This document shows positions 1 to 10,401 of a DNA stretch of 61,488 nucleotides, one piece after another. Source of the DNA: a virus (Duplodnaviria > Heunggongvirae > Uroviricota > Caudoviricetes). Each line of letters opens with the position of its first letter. Within the stretch, counting starts at the first letter, position 1. Under the pieces are notes generated by a model. That model was not told the DNA's origin. It did no database searches and saw nothing but the letters and a program-made list of their open reading frames with translations. The DNA lies in IMG/VR virus record IMGVR_UViG_2908567220_000003, one strand, 5' to 3'. The translations under genes were made by a program, and so were the position numbers.

Positions 1-3000
1 TCAATGTTCGCTTCCTGTTAACTGCCGGACAAGTGCAACCAGTTCGCTTACCTGATTTTCCAGAGTGCTGATCCGGGTGCCTGCTGTTGCCAGATTTTGA
101 CGTAGCGTTGTGTTTTCCTCTTCCAGCGCGGTAACGCGATCATCTGTTTCACGGGCGACCTGAACAAGTAAACCCGTCACGGCGGCGTAGTCAACATTAA
201 GATAGCGCGTTTCTTCGCGTAGCTCGTTGCCGTCAACGGTCGGGCCTTGCAACTCTTCACCGTAATGGATGAATGAACCAACGGCCTCCGGGATGGCCTC
301 TTCAACTTCCTGGGCTATAACCCCGGCGCAATGTGCCCCATTCTCCTTGAGCGTGTACGTGTATCCATTAATTTTGCGGATTGCGTCAGTCGCGTTATCG
401 ATAATCTCGATATTTTCTTTCAGTCTGCGGTCTGATGACTGATTCAGTGTGGTGCAGTTAACACTTCCGTTTACAGTAAGGTTTTGCCCGTCTGTTGTTT
501 TTTGCGCATAAAACAGATACGCAGCAGACGTGCCAACCTCAAAAACGTTTTGTCGAGTACTGGAACCCCACACCCTGATACTAACTGGTAGTTCTGAATT
601 ACCTGAATTAAGTAAAGCAAAACGATTGCCAGTCCCTGTTTGTTTTCTAATTACTAAATCGGCAGTTGAGTTAACCTCATCTTTGTTGATGGTTAGCGCC
701 TGCGCTGTAGCACCGTTAACAGTGCCACTTAGTAGTTGAACCGCTCCATCATCGCCATTTAACAGCACTTGAGCGCTGCTTCTGTGGTTTTTCAGGAACA
801 ACATTTTGCCTGTGCTTTCTGATGTGCCTACCGACCACGCCGAATTGGTTCCAGTGCTATCAACACCACGAACGGTACAATTCATGCTGCCATAATCTGA
901 CGTACTTCCAAGCACATCAATCCGCCCGCCACCTAATTTTGATGGAGTCGTCGAGGTTAACGACCTGACGGTTACATCCTGATTCCATCCGGAAACAACA
1001 ACCTGACTCCACGCTGTCCAGTTTCCATTAACAACAAAGCGAACGTATATACGTTTTGTGTCGCTGTTAATCAGCGTTTGCATGTTCGCATAATCTGAAT
1101 CCCTAACCTTACGAGTCGATTCAACACGGAGCAAAAAGTTACCTGTTACGCCGTCAGGCTTGTTGGTGATATTTGCACCACCTGCAGAGGATGGACAAAT
1201 ATAGTATTTAACTGCCCCGGCATCTGACTTGATGATGGTCAGGTTGTTAAGATTAACCGTCTGGCCGTCAATGTTTTCCGGCTCGATGGCTCCTGCTATC
1301 CCGGCACTGAACGTAGCAACGGCTGAAAACGCTGTCGTACCTTTGAAAGCCAGTTGACCACCAATCGTTAATCCCTTGTCGAGTTTCGCTTGCGTGATCA
1401 ATTTGCTGTTTTGTTTCTGATCAGGACTCTCACCAAAAGCCAGATCCCCATTAGTATCAATTCCAAGATACTTTGGGTTCATGTTGTCTAACTTAAACCC
1501 AATGGACACATTTTCAGAAGAACCAGAACGCGTTAAAACCAACGGCGTGTGCTGTACTCCATAGATGCTTAGCGTAGTTGCCGATGAGTCAGTGTCGGTA
1601 TTTGCAATCTCAATCGTTCTGCTTTTAATTTTATACGCTACTGTGAGATCACGGACTTCAACCCTCCCGTCGTGACGAACAACAAGATCCCCTCCTGATG
1701 TCCCCCCTGCTGTCTTTGCCCTGATGCGAACTTCGCCAAGCGAATCAGTGTTAGGACCAGCATAGATTATGCCGCGCTCTGTGTTATCGCCAGTATAAAA
1801 CCGCAAAGCGGTGACTCCACTGTCTGCCCGCAGGAAGACTGACGGTGTACCTTTTTTGATTGTCAAGTCACCGGTCATTGTATCGCCGGTTTTTTTTACC
1901 TGCGCATCGTTCGTTACGTTGCCAAGTCCAACATCCGATTTCGACGGCTTGTTTGCCGAGCCGTATAGCTCATTGACGCTAAAAGTCCCGTTGTTAAGCC
2001 GGGCATCGTTGCCGGCATAGATCTTAATCTTCGCGGTTGAGTAGTCGATATTGATCGCTGACCACGTATCGCCGCACCGCGAGAATATACCAGAACCGTG
2101 GCTATAAATGGTCGCCGTGCTTCCGGTCGGCTTATCACCGCGCCAGAAATGACCACCTTTGTCACGCAGAGCTTTTAAGATCTCTACATCGCTCATCTTG
2201 CCGTTTGTTGATATCCCGCTACCGCCAAGACCGAAAGCGCCTGTAAGCATAGCATTAGAAAGACCCAAATCTGCTTTAGTCGGCTTGTTTACCTGGTCGT
2301 AAATCCTTACAACGGGGCTTTCAACATATCCAGAAGGCGCGGCGGTTTGCTTAACAAATCCGTCTGGGATGTATAATTCTGTGCTTAGTGTTGTCTGCGC
2401 CAGCACCGCAACCTTTGCGTCGTTAATAAACGCACTCTGGAATGCCCAAACCTCAATAAAGCCATCACCTTTAACCAGGCCGTAACGCATCTGGCTGTTA
2501 TTGGCTAGCCCGGTTGACCCTAAGCGGCGTATACTCAGGTAACGAGATACATTATCCTCAGTAAGCGAAGAAGGCAGACCGCGCGCCGAGATCTCGATAA
2601 AGTCAATGTTTCCGTAAGGGGAGCCGTAGTCACCGCCGTTAGTAACCATTAGCGTTACATGGCAATTGTTGCTTCCGGGATCGGAAAGTTTCGCGATCTT
2701 TATGTAAAAAGACTCACTACCAGTAACAACGGGCCAATCGTATTGCGTCATCGGGCTGACGAGTCCCCCGACCTTGTCGAGATATTCTTTCGCCTTGTTC
2801 TCTGACGCTTTAGCGTTGGTTTCGCTGACCTTTGCTGCTGCCTCACTATTTTTCGCGTTGGTTTCTGATTTTTTGGCTGCTGTCGCGGAGTTTGCCGATG
2901 CAGTTTGTGAGTCTGCTGCCGCCTGTGCGCTGTTATCCGCATTCGTCTCAGACGTTTTTGCGGCCTTCGCGGAATTTCCTGCCGCCGTTGCCGAGGAAGC

Positions 3001-3780
3001 TGCACTGCCGGCGCTCGAGGCTGCGCTCGTTTCTGATGATTTTGCCGCCACTTTTGAAGCCGACGCATCCCGGGCTGAGGTGGCAGCTTCTGACGCTTTC
3101 GTGGTCGCGGTGGATGCAGAAGTGGCCGCAGATTTTTGTGATGCTGCGGCATTCGTTTCTGACGTTTTCGCTGCACCGGCACTGGTGGCTGCCGCGCTTT
3201 TTGAAGACTCTGCAGCGGCAGCACTTTTTGATGCTTCAGTAGCCTTTGCTGATGCCGTTCCTGCGCTGGAAGACGCTGACTGAGCCGACGAAGCGGCCTG
3301 TCCGGCTGACGTGCTGGCTGCACGTGCTGAGCCTGCAGCATCAGTCGCATGGGTTGCCGCCTCACGGGCTGATGTGCTGGCATCGCTGGCTGACTTCTTC
3401 GCGGCTGCTGTGTTCTGCGCCACTGCGGACGCGTTACGCGCCACCTCTTCCACCATCAGTTCAAAGCGGCGCAGTGCCTCCGGACGGACATCATCCTCCG
3501 TCATGGCACCGAGAAAATCATTCAGCGTACCCGGTTGTGAGTCTTCATACACGGTGATGGTCCCGGCATGCGATGGCGGGAAGCCTTCCACCAACAGAAT
3601 AACGCTGTACTGACCGTACTCAACGTCCATGCTGTAACGCCCGGCTTCATCCGGATTTTCTGAGGCCACCGTGTTCGCCACCACCGTGGTGCTGTTACGT
3701 TTTGCTTTCAGCTGGATTGTGCAGTTCTGTACCGGTTTACCTGCGCCGTCTTTCAGTACACCTGAAATCTTTACTGCCAT
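1..3780 (-). CDS. stf: side tail fiber protein (lambda Stf-like) with Ala/Ser-rich repeat region and C-terminal intramolecular-chaperone (S74-type) domain
   Basis: ORF track 1..3786 (1261 aa); N-terminus MAVKISGVLKDG matches lambda Stf; ATG at 3780 verified (track start 3786 is GTG); stop TGA at 1..3. Confidence 0.85.
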   Translation of the reverse strand: MAVKISGVLKDGAGKPVQNCTIQLKAKRNSTTVVANTVASENPDEAGRYSMDVEYGQYSVILLVEGFPPSHAGTITVYEDSQPGTLNDFLGAMTEDDVRPEALRRFELMVEEVARNASAVAQNTAAAKKSASDASTSAREAATHATDAAGSARAASTSAGQAASSAQSASSSAGTASAKATEASKSAAAAESSKSAAATSAGAAKTSETNAAASQKSAATSASTATTKASEAATSARDASASKVAAKSSETSAASSAGSAASSATAAGNSAKAAKTSETNADNSAQAAADSQTASANSATAAKKSETNAKNSEAAAKVSETNAKASENKAKEYLDKVGGLVSPMTQYDWPVVTGSESFYIKIAKLSDPGSNNCHVTLMVTNGGDYGSPYGNIDFIEISARGLPSSLTEDNVSRYLSIRRLGSTGLANNSQMRYGLVKGDGFIEVWAFQSAFINDAKVAVLAQTTLSTELYIPDGFVKQTAAPSGYVESPVVRIYDQVNKPTKADLGLSNAMLTGAFGLGGSGISTNGKMSDVEILKALRDKGGHFWRGDKPTGSTATIYSHGSGIFSRCGDTWSAINIDYSTAKIKIYAGNDARLNNGTFSVNELYGSANKPSKSDVGLGNVTNDAQVKKTGDTMTGDLTIKKGTPSVFLRADSGVTALRFYTGDNTERGIIYAGPNTDSLGEVRIRAKTAGGTSGGDLVVRHDGRVEVRDLTVAYKIKSRTIEIANTDTDSSATTLSIYGVQHTPLVLTRSGSSENVSIGFKLDNMNPKYLGIDTNGDLAFGESPDQKQNSKLITQAKLDKGLTIGGQLAFKGTTAFSAVATFSAGIAGAIEPENIDGQTVNLNNLTIIKSDAGAVKYYICPSSAGGANITNKPDGVTGNFLLRVESTRKVRDSDYANMQTLINSDTKRIYVRFVVNGNWTAWSQVVVSGWNQDVTVRSLTSTTPSKLGGGRIDVLGSTSDYGSMNCTVRGVDSTGTNSAWSVGTSESTGKMLFLKNHRSSAQVLLNGDDGAVQLLSGTVNGATAQALTINKDEVNSTADLVIRKQTGTGNRFALLNSGNSELPVSIRVWGSSTRQNVFEVGTSAAYLFYAQKTTDGQNLTVNGSVNCTTLNQSSDRRLKENIEIIDNATDAIRKINGYTYTLKENGAHCAGVIAQEVEEAIPEAVGSFIHYGEELQGPTVDGNELREETRYLNVDYAAVTGLLVQVARETDDRVTALEEENTTLRQNLATAGTRISTLENQVSELVALVRQLTGSEH

Positions 3781-3791
3781 ATTCACCCCAC

Positions 3792-3818
3792 AAAAAAGCC
3801 CGCCTGAACCGGCGGGCT
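3792..3818 (-). terminator. Rho-independent terminator between lom and stf
   Basis: minus-strand stem AGCCCGCC / GGCGGGCT with 6-nt loop followed by T6. Confidence 0.55.
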
Positions 3819-3844
3819 GTCATAACACTGTGTTACCTGGCTAA

Positions 3845-4444
3845 TCAGAACTTATAACCAACACCCACGATGAAACCGTCAGTGCGCCAGTCGCCACTGC
3901 CGGAGCCTTCATAAGCAATATCAATGGCCACGGATTCGGTCGGGTTAAACTGCACGCCAGCTCCCCACGCCAGAGACGTGTTGCTGTGGCGACCGTCATC
4001 ACTTCCGGTCAGCACATCGTGCGTTTTCCCCTTGTTGTCAGTTACGCGGAGATAATCCCCGGAGAAAGTCGACACACGGCTGTAAGCCACACCCGCCATC
4101 GCATACGCGCTGAACCATTCATTCACGCGCACAGACGGCCCCACCATCACGCTGAACCAGCGGTTACGCACGGAATCCTCATGCCAGCGGGTATCGCTGT
4201 AATGCGTTTTTTGCTCATCTTCAGCGTTGGCATAACTGAATGACGTAATCAGCCCCAGCGTGTCCGTAAACTCATAACGGTATTTCACGTTAATCCCGTT
4301 CAGATTATCGCTGCCGGGAGCGTTCGTACGGGCATGAAGATACCCTGCGCTCAGTGTGGCCTGCTGCTCAGACGCCCATGCAGGCGCACCGGATACGGCC
4401 AGACAGATGGCTGCGGACAAAATGGCTGCACAAACTTTACGCAT
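3845..4444 (-). CDS. lom: outer membrane protein Lom (Ail/Lom/PagC family)
   Basis: 199-aa ORF with signal peptide and beta-barrel-like sequence, position between J and stf as in lambda; ATG verified. Confidence 0.85.
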   Translation of the reverse strand: MRKVCAAILSAAICLAVSGAPAWASEQQATLSAGYLHARTNAPGSDNLNGINVKYRYEFTDTLGLITSFSYANAEDEQKTHYSDTRWHEDSVRNRWFSVMVGPSVRVNEWFSAYAMAGVAYSRVSTFSGDYLRVTDNKGKTHDVLTGSDDGRHSNTSLAWGAGVQFNPTESVAIDIAYEGSGSGDWRTDGFIVGVGYKF

Positions 4445-4468
4445 AATTACCTCTCGCTTTTCTGCAAT

Positions 4469-4492
4469 AAAAAAGGCGCCAGAAATGGCGCC
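4469..4492 (-). terminator. Rho-independent terminator between J and lom
   Basis: minus-strand stem GGCGCC / GGCGCC with 6-nt loop followed by T-run. Confidence 0.55.
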
Positions 4493-4512
4493 CGCATATG
4501 GGTTATGAAAAT

Positions 4513-7500
4513 TCAGCTAATCGTGATACCTGCTGTGGATTTCTTCATCACCACAACCAGCAAATCACTGATACTGGCTGTGGGATACCAGTCATTTACC
4601 AGCCACGCTGATACCGAAAACTCCAGCGTCATGTGACCGCGACCAGCAGGCATATCAATAACACCTGTATAAACCAGCGTATTATCCAGCGCGGTACGGT
4701 TATAAATTTCAGCACCGTTTTTCTTCACTATCAGGCGGCATGACGAATAAATATCGTTATTCTCCCGCTCATGTTTAGCGCCACGAAACGCCACCGCGGG
4801 AATAACAATCTGCCGGTCAAACGGCTGATCGTCATAAACCCTGACGGTAATGGTCCCTGATGGCCACCGCTCCGGTGCACGGGAGTCCCGGGGGAAAGCT
4901 TTGCCCACTGTTTTAACGAGATCGCCTTCAATCTGGTTCGCAGACAGTTTTCCCAGAACCCGACAGTTTTCATTTATCGTGACATTGTTGAGCGTCCCGG
5001 CGTTCGCATTCACACTGCCACTGATATCCGCATTTTTCGCCGTCAGTCGCCCGTCCGGTGTAAGGGAAAATGCAGGAGGATTACCGCCGCTGGTAATGGT
5101 GGGAGCCGTCAGATATTTCAGGAACACGTCGTTCATGAATATCTGATCACCCTGACCAACAAACATCGGCTTTGTGTTGCCATTCGCAGGATTAATCATC
5201 GCAATCCTGTCTGCCGCCAGTAGCACCTGACTCTGCATTCCTGCTGGCGTATTCTCAATACCGGCACCGATACCCGCAATATAAAGGCGTCCGTCCTGCA
5301 TCTGCTGCAGTTTCACGGCCCACATGCTGTTCAGGTTATTATTTGTATCAACCTGAACCTTCTGTATCTGCTGGATCGCTGCACTCTGGTCTTCCAGTTT
5401 CTTATTGACGGTCTGTGTGATTTCATTGCTGACATCCGTAATGGATGTCCTGATTTCAGCCAGGTCAGGCGCAAGCTGACCGTTATCAATCTGCGTCCAC
5501 AGCTCCTGAGCCAGATGGGTTTTCCCTATCTCGCCTTTGAAAAAATCCAGATAGCCGGATGCGTCATCACTCGGCTGACCAACAGCCTCCACGAATGCCG
5601 ATTTGCCAACGGTGTTCACACTGCGAACGTAAAAATAATAATTATGGCCCGGTTTGATATTGATACTGGCGGCTATCCAGTACAACGCCGTACCAAGATA
5701 GCGTGCTGTGGTTTCAACCTGCCTGATATCCGCAATCCGCTTTTCCGAGAACCAGAACTCAAACTGTACCGTCGGATCATAAACCGCAAGATGCGGCGTG
5801 GCGGTTATCTGAAAATAGCCCGGCGTCAGCTCAATCCGCGACGGCGCTGCCGGTGCGGCAATCCGGAACGATACCGACGCCGGATCGCCCTGCTGCCCCC
5901 ACGCATTTACTGCCCGGACTGTCAGCCTGTAGTTCCCCAGAGCCAGTTGTGTGAAGCGGTAAGTGGTTTCCGTCGTCCGGGCCGTGCTGACCAGCCGCTC
6001 ACTGCCGTCATCCGCTGCCACGGTCAGGCGAAGCAGGAAGCTCACGCCCTTCACCACCTTCGGCGTGTCCCAGCGGGCCAGCACCTGGTATTCCCCGCTG
6101 TCTGCGGTGACTTCTGCGGTCAGATGCTGCACTGCTGGCGGCGTGACACCATTCACCGTGCCGCTCTGGTCGCCGTCAAAGTGCGTCCCGTTATCCACGA
6201 TGGCCTCTTTTTCCGGTACATGCTGCACGGCAGTGATGGCATACGTGCCGTCATCGTTCTCACGGATACTCACGCAGCGGAACAGGCGCTGGCGCAGCGT
6301 CGGCAGCTTCAGCCCCCATACGCTGTATCCGGCAATGCCGTCAGGAACACGGCTCACTTTCACCTTCACGCCGTCGGTGACGGACTGGACCTCCACGCTG
6401 ACCGGATTGCCACTTCCGTCAACCAGGCTTATCAGCGTGGTACCGGAGGATGGCAGCGTGATTTCACGGTCGAGCGTCAGCGTCCGTGTCTGGCTGTTTA
6501 CCGCCAGCACGCGCCCGCCGGTGCTGATACCGGCATAGTCATCATCGCAGATTTCAATGACATCGCCCGGTACATGGCGAAGCCCTTCAGCACCCACGCT
6601 GAAGTCCACGGTCTGCGTCTCCAGCAGCTCCGTTTTAATCAGCCACAGCCCGGCGCGGTGTGCCTGCCCCCGGCTGGTACAGCCAAAGGCATCCATCTTC
6701 GTAACATTACGACCGTAACGGGCAATGGCCTGCGTATCTTCAACAAGCTCTGTCGCCGTCTCCCAGCCGTTATCCGGGTCAATCCAGTTCACCTCAACGG
6801 CATTATGGCGGTCTTTCAGGGCGCTGAAGCTGTAGCGGAACGGCGCGCCATCATCCGGCATCACCACATTACTGCGGTTATAGGTCCACGCCTTATCCGA
6901 CGGCCGGTCCTGCACGAACGTCAGCGTCTGCCCGTTCCATACCGGCATACAGCGCATCGCCGAGCAGAAATCACTGAGCACATCCCACGCCTTGCGCTGT
7001 GTGGTCAGGTACGCATTACAGGTGATGCGCGGCTCCGTGCCGCCAAAGCCGTCCGGCACTGACTGGTCGCAGTACTGGCCGATGACATACAGCGCCCATT
7101 TATCCACATCCGCCGCACCAAGACGTTTCCCCATGCCGTAGCGCGGATGGGTCAGCATATCCCACAGACACCAGGCCATGTTGTTGCTGTATGCCGGTTT
7201 AAACGTTCCGTCCCAGATACCGCTGTATTGCCGCGTCTGCGGGTTATAGTTCGACGGCACCTGCAGAATACGCCCGCGCAGATGATAATTACGGCTCACC
7301 TGCTGGCTGCCGAACTGCTCCGAGTCCACCTGCACGCCGACCAGTGCCGTGTTCGGGTAGCACTGTTTCACATCGATAATTTCGGTGTATGACGACCAGA
7401 GCGTTTTGTTCTGCAGCTGGTCTGTGGTGCTGTCCGGCGTCATCCTGCGCATCCGGATACTGAACGGGCGCGGCGGCAGGTTATCCACCACCACCGAGGC

Positions 7501-7992
7501 CAGATACTGTGAAGTGGTTTTACCCTTAATGGTGATGTCTTTTTCCGTCACCCAGCCACCGTTACGTTGTATCTGAACCAGCAGGCGGACTTCCGATGGA
7601 TTCCTGTCCCCCTTTGAGGTGGTTTCCACCAGTGCCTGCACGCCGAAGGTAAAACGCAGTCGGTCAATGTTTGCCGACGTGATGGTCCGGGTGATCGGCG
7701 TGTCGTATTTCACTTCCGTACCCAGCACCGTCTCGGAGCCGGAGGATTCAAATCCCTCCGGCGGTGTCTGCTCCTGCTCACCGGCCCGGAACACCACCGT
7801 GACGCCGGAGATGTTGGTATTCCCCTCACTGTCCAGCACTGGCGTACTGTTCAGCAGCACGCTTTTTAATCCATCCACCGGACCTTCAATCGGCCCTTCG
7901 CTGATGGCATCGATCACACTCAGCAACTGCGTGGACTTCAGGTTGTCCTTCGTTTCGCGCGGAGTATGCCCCTTACTGCTGCCTTTACCCAT
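4513..7992 (-). CDS. J: tail tip / host specificity protein J
   Basis: 1159-aa ORF; N-terminus [37 protein letters not shown] matches lambda gpJ; ATG verified. Confidence 0.9.
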   Translation of the reverse strand: MGKGSSKGHTPRETKDNLKSTQLLSVIDAISEGPIEGPVDGLKSVLLNSTPVLDSEGNTNISGVTVVFRAGEQEQTPPEGFESSGSETVLGTEVKYDTPITRTITSANIDRLRFTFGVQALVETTSKGDRNPSEVRLLVQIQRNGGWVTEKDITIKGKTTSQYLASVVVDNLPPRPFSIRMRRMTPDSTTDQLQNKTLWSSYTEIIDVKQCYPNTALVGVQVDSEQFGSQQVSRNYHLRGRILQVPSNYNPQTRQYSGIWDGTFKPAYSNNMAWCLWDMLTHPRYGMGKRLGAADVDKWALYVIGQYCDQSVPDGFGGTEPRITCNAYLTTQRKAWDVLSDFCSAMRCMPVWNGQTLTFVQDRPSDKAWTYNRSNVVMPDDGAPFRYSFSALKDRHNAVEVNWIDPDNGWETATELVEDTQAIARYGRNVTKMDAFGCTSRGQAHRAGLWLIKTELLETQTVDFSVGAEGLRHVPGDVIEICDDDYAGISTGGRVLAVNSQTRTLTLDREITLPSSGTTLISLVDGSGNPVSVEVQSVTDGVKVKVSRVPDGIAGYSVWGLKLPTLRQRLFRCVSIRENDDGTYAITAVQHVPEKEAIVDNGTHFDGDQSGTVNGVTPPAVQHLTAEVTADSGEYQVLARWDTPKVVKGVSFLLRLTVAADDGSERLVSTARTTETTYRFTQLALGNYRLTVRAVNAWGQQGDPASVSFRIAAPAAPSRIELTPGYFQITATPHLAVYDPTVQFEFWFSEKRIADIRQVETTARYLGTALYWIAASINIKPGHNYYFYVRSVNTVGKSAFVEAVGQPSDDASGYLDFFKGEIGKTHLAQELWTQIDNGQLAPDLAEIRTSITDVSNEITQTVNKKLEDQSAAIQQIQKVQVDTNNNLNSMWAVKLQQMQDGRLYIAGIGAGIENTPAGMQSQVLLAADRIAMINPANGNTKPMFVGQGDQIFMNDVFLKYLTAPTITSGGNPPAFSLTPDGRLTAKNADISGSVNANAGTLNNVTINENCRVLGKLSANQIEGDLVKTVGKAFPRDSRAPERWPSGTITVRVYDDQPFDRQIVIPAVAFRGAKHERENNDIYSSCRLIVKKNGAEIYNRTALDNTLVYTGVIDMPAGRGHMTLEFSVSAWLVNDWYPTASISDLLVVVMKKSTAGITIS

Positions 7993-8052
7993 TCCTCACG
8001 CTCCATAAACGACAAAACCGCCCGGAAGCGGTTTCACATAAAACGTTTTTCA

Positions 8053-8700
8053 TCAACGACCAATCACCACAACCTGACCACCGTCCCCTTCGTCTGCCGT
8101 GCTGATCTCCTGAGAAACCACGCGTGACCCCACGCGCATTTCCCCGTACAGAACGGGCAGAACATTGCCCTGGGCAACCATGTTATCCAGTGAGGAGAAA
8201 TAGGTGTTCTGTTTGCCGTTATCTGTACTTGCTGCCGTGGGCGTCCTGGCTTTCGGTGCCAGCATCTGCGCCACTCCGCCCAGGATCATACTGGCCCCTG
8301 CCGCATACATGCCCGATACAGCCGCGGCACCCAGCCAGCCCACAGGGTTCCACCATGCCACCGCAATCAGCGCCGCCCCCAGCACCACCTGAAACACACC
8401 GCCACTTTTAGCTCCCGCCAGACGCGGCACAATGTGGATCACGGCACCATTTGCCAGCGGCTCATTCAGACGGGCAGACAATTCGGTTTCACCTGCATCA
8501 CGCCCGGCAATGCGTACCTGGTACCAGCCGTCGCTCAGTTTCTGACGAAACGCCGGGACCTGTGTGGACAGCGCCCGGATGGCTTCAGCACCCGTTTTTA
8601 CACGAAGGTCGATGCGGCGGCCAAATCGTTGTAAATCCCCGTAAAGGCAGATGCGTGCCATGCCCGGTGACGCCAGAGGGAGTGTGTGCGTCGCTGCCAT
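8053..8700 (-). CDS. I: tail assembly protein I
   Basis: 215-aa ORF, lambda gpI-like sequence and position; ATG verified; overlaps K by about 100 nt. Confidence 0.8.
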   Translation of the reverse strand: MAATHTLPLASPGMARICLYGDLQRFGRRIDLRVKTGAEAIRALSTQVPAFRQKLSDGWYQVRIAGRDAGETELSARLNEPLANGAVIHIVPRLAGAKSGGVFQVVLGAALIAVAWWNPVGWLGAAAVSGMYAAGASMILGGVAQMLAPKARTPTAASTDNGKQNTYFSSLDNMVAQGNVLPVLYGEMRVGSRVVSQEISTADEGDGGQVVVIGR

Positions 8701-9341
8701 TTGTCGGTATACCTCTCTCGTTTACTCAGTTGTTCAGGAATATGGTGCAGCAGCTCGCCGTCGCCGCAGTAAATAGCGGCATGATTCGGCACCGATGAAC
8801 CAAAACAGCACAGCAGCACATCGCCCGGCTGCGCCGCTGACAACGGCACCTGATACAGCCCTGTGGCCTCCAGATTATCCAGATAGAGATTCTGACCGTG
8901 ACGCCACCAGTCATCCCCGCGATGAAAATCCGGCATCTCAATCCCCGCCAGATGGTAAGCATCCCGGAACAGCGTGTAACAGTCCGTCACCCCGTGCTCA
9001 AAGCGCCGCCCGGTGAGATGCGGCACACAGCGGAATTTATGAATCTCACCCCGGCAGACCAGCCACCACGGCAAATCACTCTGCACCTGCAGCCGCCGGT
9101 CGGCCTCACTCAGCCAGGGCAGACCACCGGGGTGGCTGTGGACCAGCGCCACAATCTCACCCTGCATCTCTGCCCGCAGCCAGTCCTCCGGCGACATCCG
9201 GAAATACTCCTCCGGCTCACCGGAGATATTCACGCAGGGAAAATATCTTTCCCCTTCCGGCGTTCTCACCACGAAGCCGCACGACTCCGCTGGCGCACAT
9301 CGCCGGGCGTGCGCCAGAATCGCTGATTCTGTCTCTGTCAT
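8598..9341 (-). CDS. K: tail assembly protein K (NlpC/P60 and JAB-like)
   Basis: 247-aa ORF, lambda gpK-like, between L and I; ATG verified. Confidence 0.8.
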   Translation of the reverse strand: MTETESAILAHARRCAPAESCGFVVRTPEGERYFPCVNISGEPEEYFRMSPEDWLRAEMQGEIVALVHSHPGGLPWLSEADRRLQVQSDLPWWLVCRGEIHKFRCVPHLTGRRFEHGVTDCYTLFRDAYHLAGIEMPDFHRGDDWWRHGQNLYLDNLEATGLYQVPLSAAQPGDVLLCCFGSSVPNHAAIYCGDGELLHHIPEQLSKRERYTDKWQRRTHSLWRHRAWHASAFTGIYNDLAAASTFV

Positions 9342-9346
9342 GGGAT

Positions 9347-10045
9347 TTACTGCGAAAGTTTGTTAATGGAAAGGTAGCCGCCAAAATTGCCGACGTTATT
9401 GCGGAACTTGCAACCACTCAGGCATTTGCTGCACTTATCCTTCGTGATATCGGACGTTGGCTGGTCATATTCATCCGCGACCGCCGGACCGTGATAACCG
9501 CACTCATCACCGCGATAGGTCCAGGTGCAGGTATTAGCAAGCATGATGCGCCCCGGAAAAACAGCGCCATCCGTTTCCGTCGGTGTGGACAGCACAAAAG
9601 AGGTACTGACCGCGCTCAGTTCGCTGCACTGCTCAATGCGCCAGCGGCTGATCACCTCCTGCTCCGGATCGGCGTCACTGTTTCCGTTGACGAAGTTCAC
9701 CGCATCCAGAAAACGGGCGTAAACCTTACGCCGGACCACCGTTCCGCCGACCAGACTCTGCAGATCTTCCGCCATCCCGGTGACCATGCCGTACAGATTA
9801 GAGACTTTAAGCGTTGGCCTTGCACTGGCTCCTTTGCCGTTCATCTCAAATCCGCTTCCCTGAATGGGATAAGCCTGATACTGCCGCCCCTGCCAGGTGA
9901 CTGGTTCACCTTTTTCGTTCTGCTCATTACAGAAGAAATAACGATCTCCGCCGACCTCTGTCAGATCAATTTCCCAGAGCACGACCAGCGCGGATTGCTC
10001 CGTTTTAGTGCACTCATTGAGTGTTTCCTGCTGTATATCCTGCAT
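9347..10045 (-). CDS. L: minor tail protein L
   Basis: 232-aa ORF, lambda gpL-like; ATG at 10045 overlaps M stop (ATGA). Confidence 0.85.
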   Translation of the reverse strand: MQDIQQETLNECTKTEQSALVVLWEIDLTEVGGDRYFFCNEQNEKGEPVTWQGRQYQAYPIQGSGFEMNGKGASARPTLKVSNLYGMVTGMAEDLQSLVGGTVVRRKVYARFLDAVNFVNGNSDADPEQEVISRWRIEQCSELSAVSTSFVLSTPTETDGAVFPGRIMLANTCTWTYRGDECGYHGPAVADEYDQPTSDITKDKCSKCLSGCKFRNNVGNFGGYLSINKLSQ

Positions 10046-10401
10046 CAGTGAGTGACCTCTTCAAAGGTACAGTTAAAATCGGTATACATGGCATTATCCG
10101 AAATGCTCCACTCCCTGCAGACAACCCGGACAGTCCTGTTGTGTTTTGGCGGACGCCACAAAAAAGCACGAATCCCGGCATGACGGGATAAAAAACTGTC
10201 CAGCGCGGCACGGGAATATTCATCTGTGACACGAAATACTGGTTTAAACGTTTTCAGATCCGCATTCAGACCACCAGCCCGTCGCTGTTCATATCCGTCA
10301 CCAAACTTTACCGTAATAACTGATGGCTTTCGTGTCGTCTCCATCCCCTCACGGGGGATCCAGTTAAAAACTTCAGGCTCAGGCACTGTACAATCCTCCA
10401 T
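10045..10401 (-). CDS. M: minor tail protein M
   Basis: lambda gpM-like core (KFGDGYEQRRAGGLNADLKT); track start 10431 is TTG; ATG at 10401 or GTG at 10386 more likely, start uncertain. Confidence 0.7.
   Translation of the reverse strand: MEDCTVPEPEVFNWIPREGMETTRKPSVITVKFGDGYEQRRAGGLNADLKTFKPVFRVTDEYSRAALDSFLSRHAGIRAFLWRPPKHNRTVRVVCREWSISDNAMYTDFNCTFEEVTH

Noticed and set aside
2748-3613. Several plus- and minus-strand ORFs of 100 to 211 aa overlapping stf
   Set aside because: They lie in the Ala/Ser-rich low-complexity part of the tail fibre gene and translate to low-complexity Ala-, Arg- or Pro-rich sequence; shadow ORFs from compositional bias.
5515-7062. 515-aa plus-strand ORF antisense to J
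   Set aside because: Fully inside the well-supported J gene on the opposite strand; Arg/Cys/His-rich with no recognisable domain; typical antisense shadow ORF in GC-rich coding DNA.
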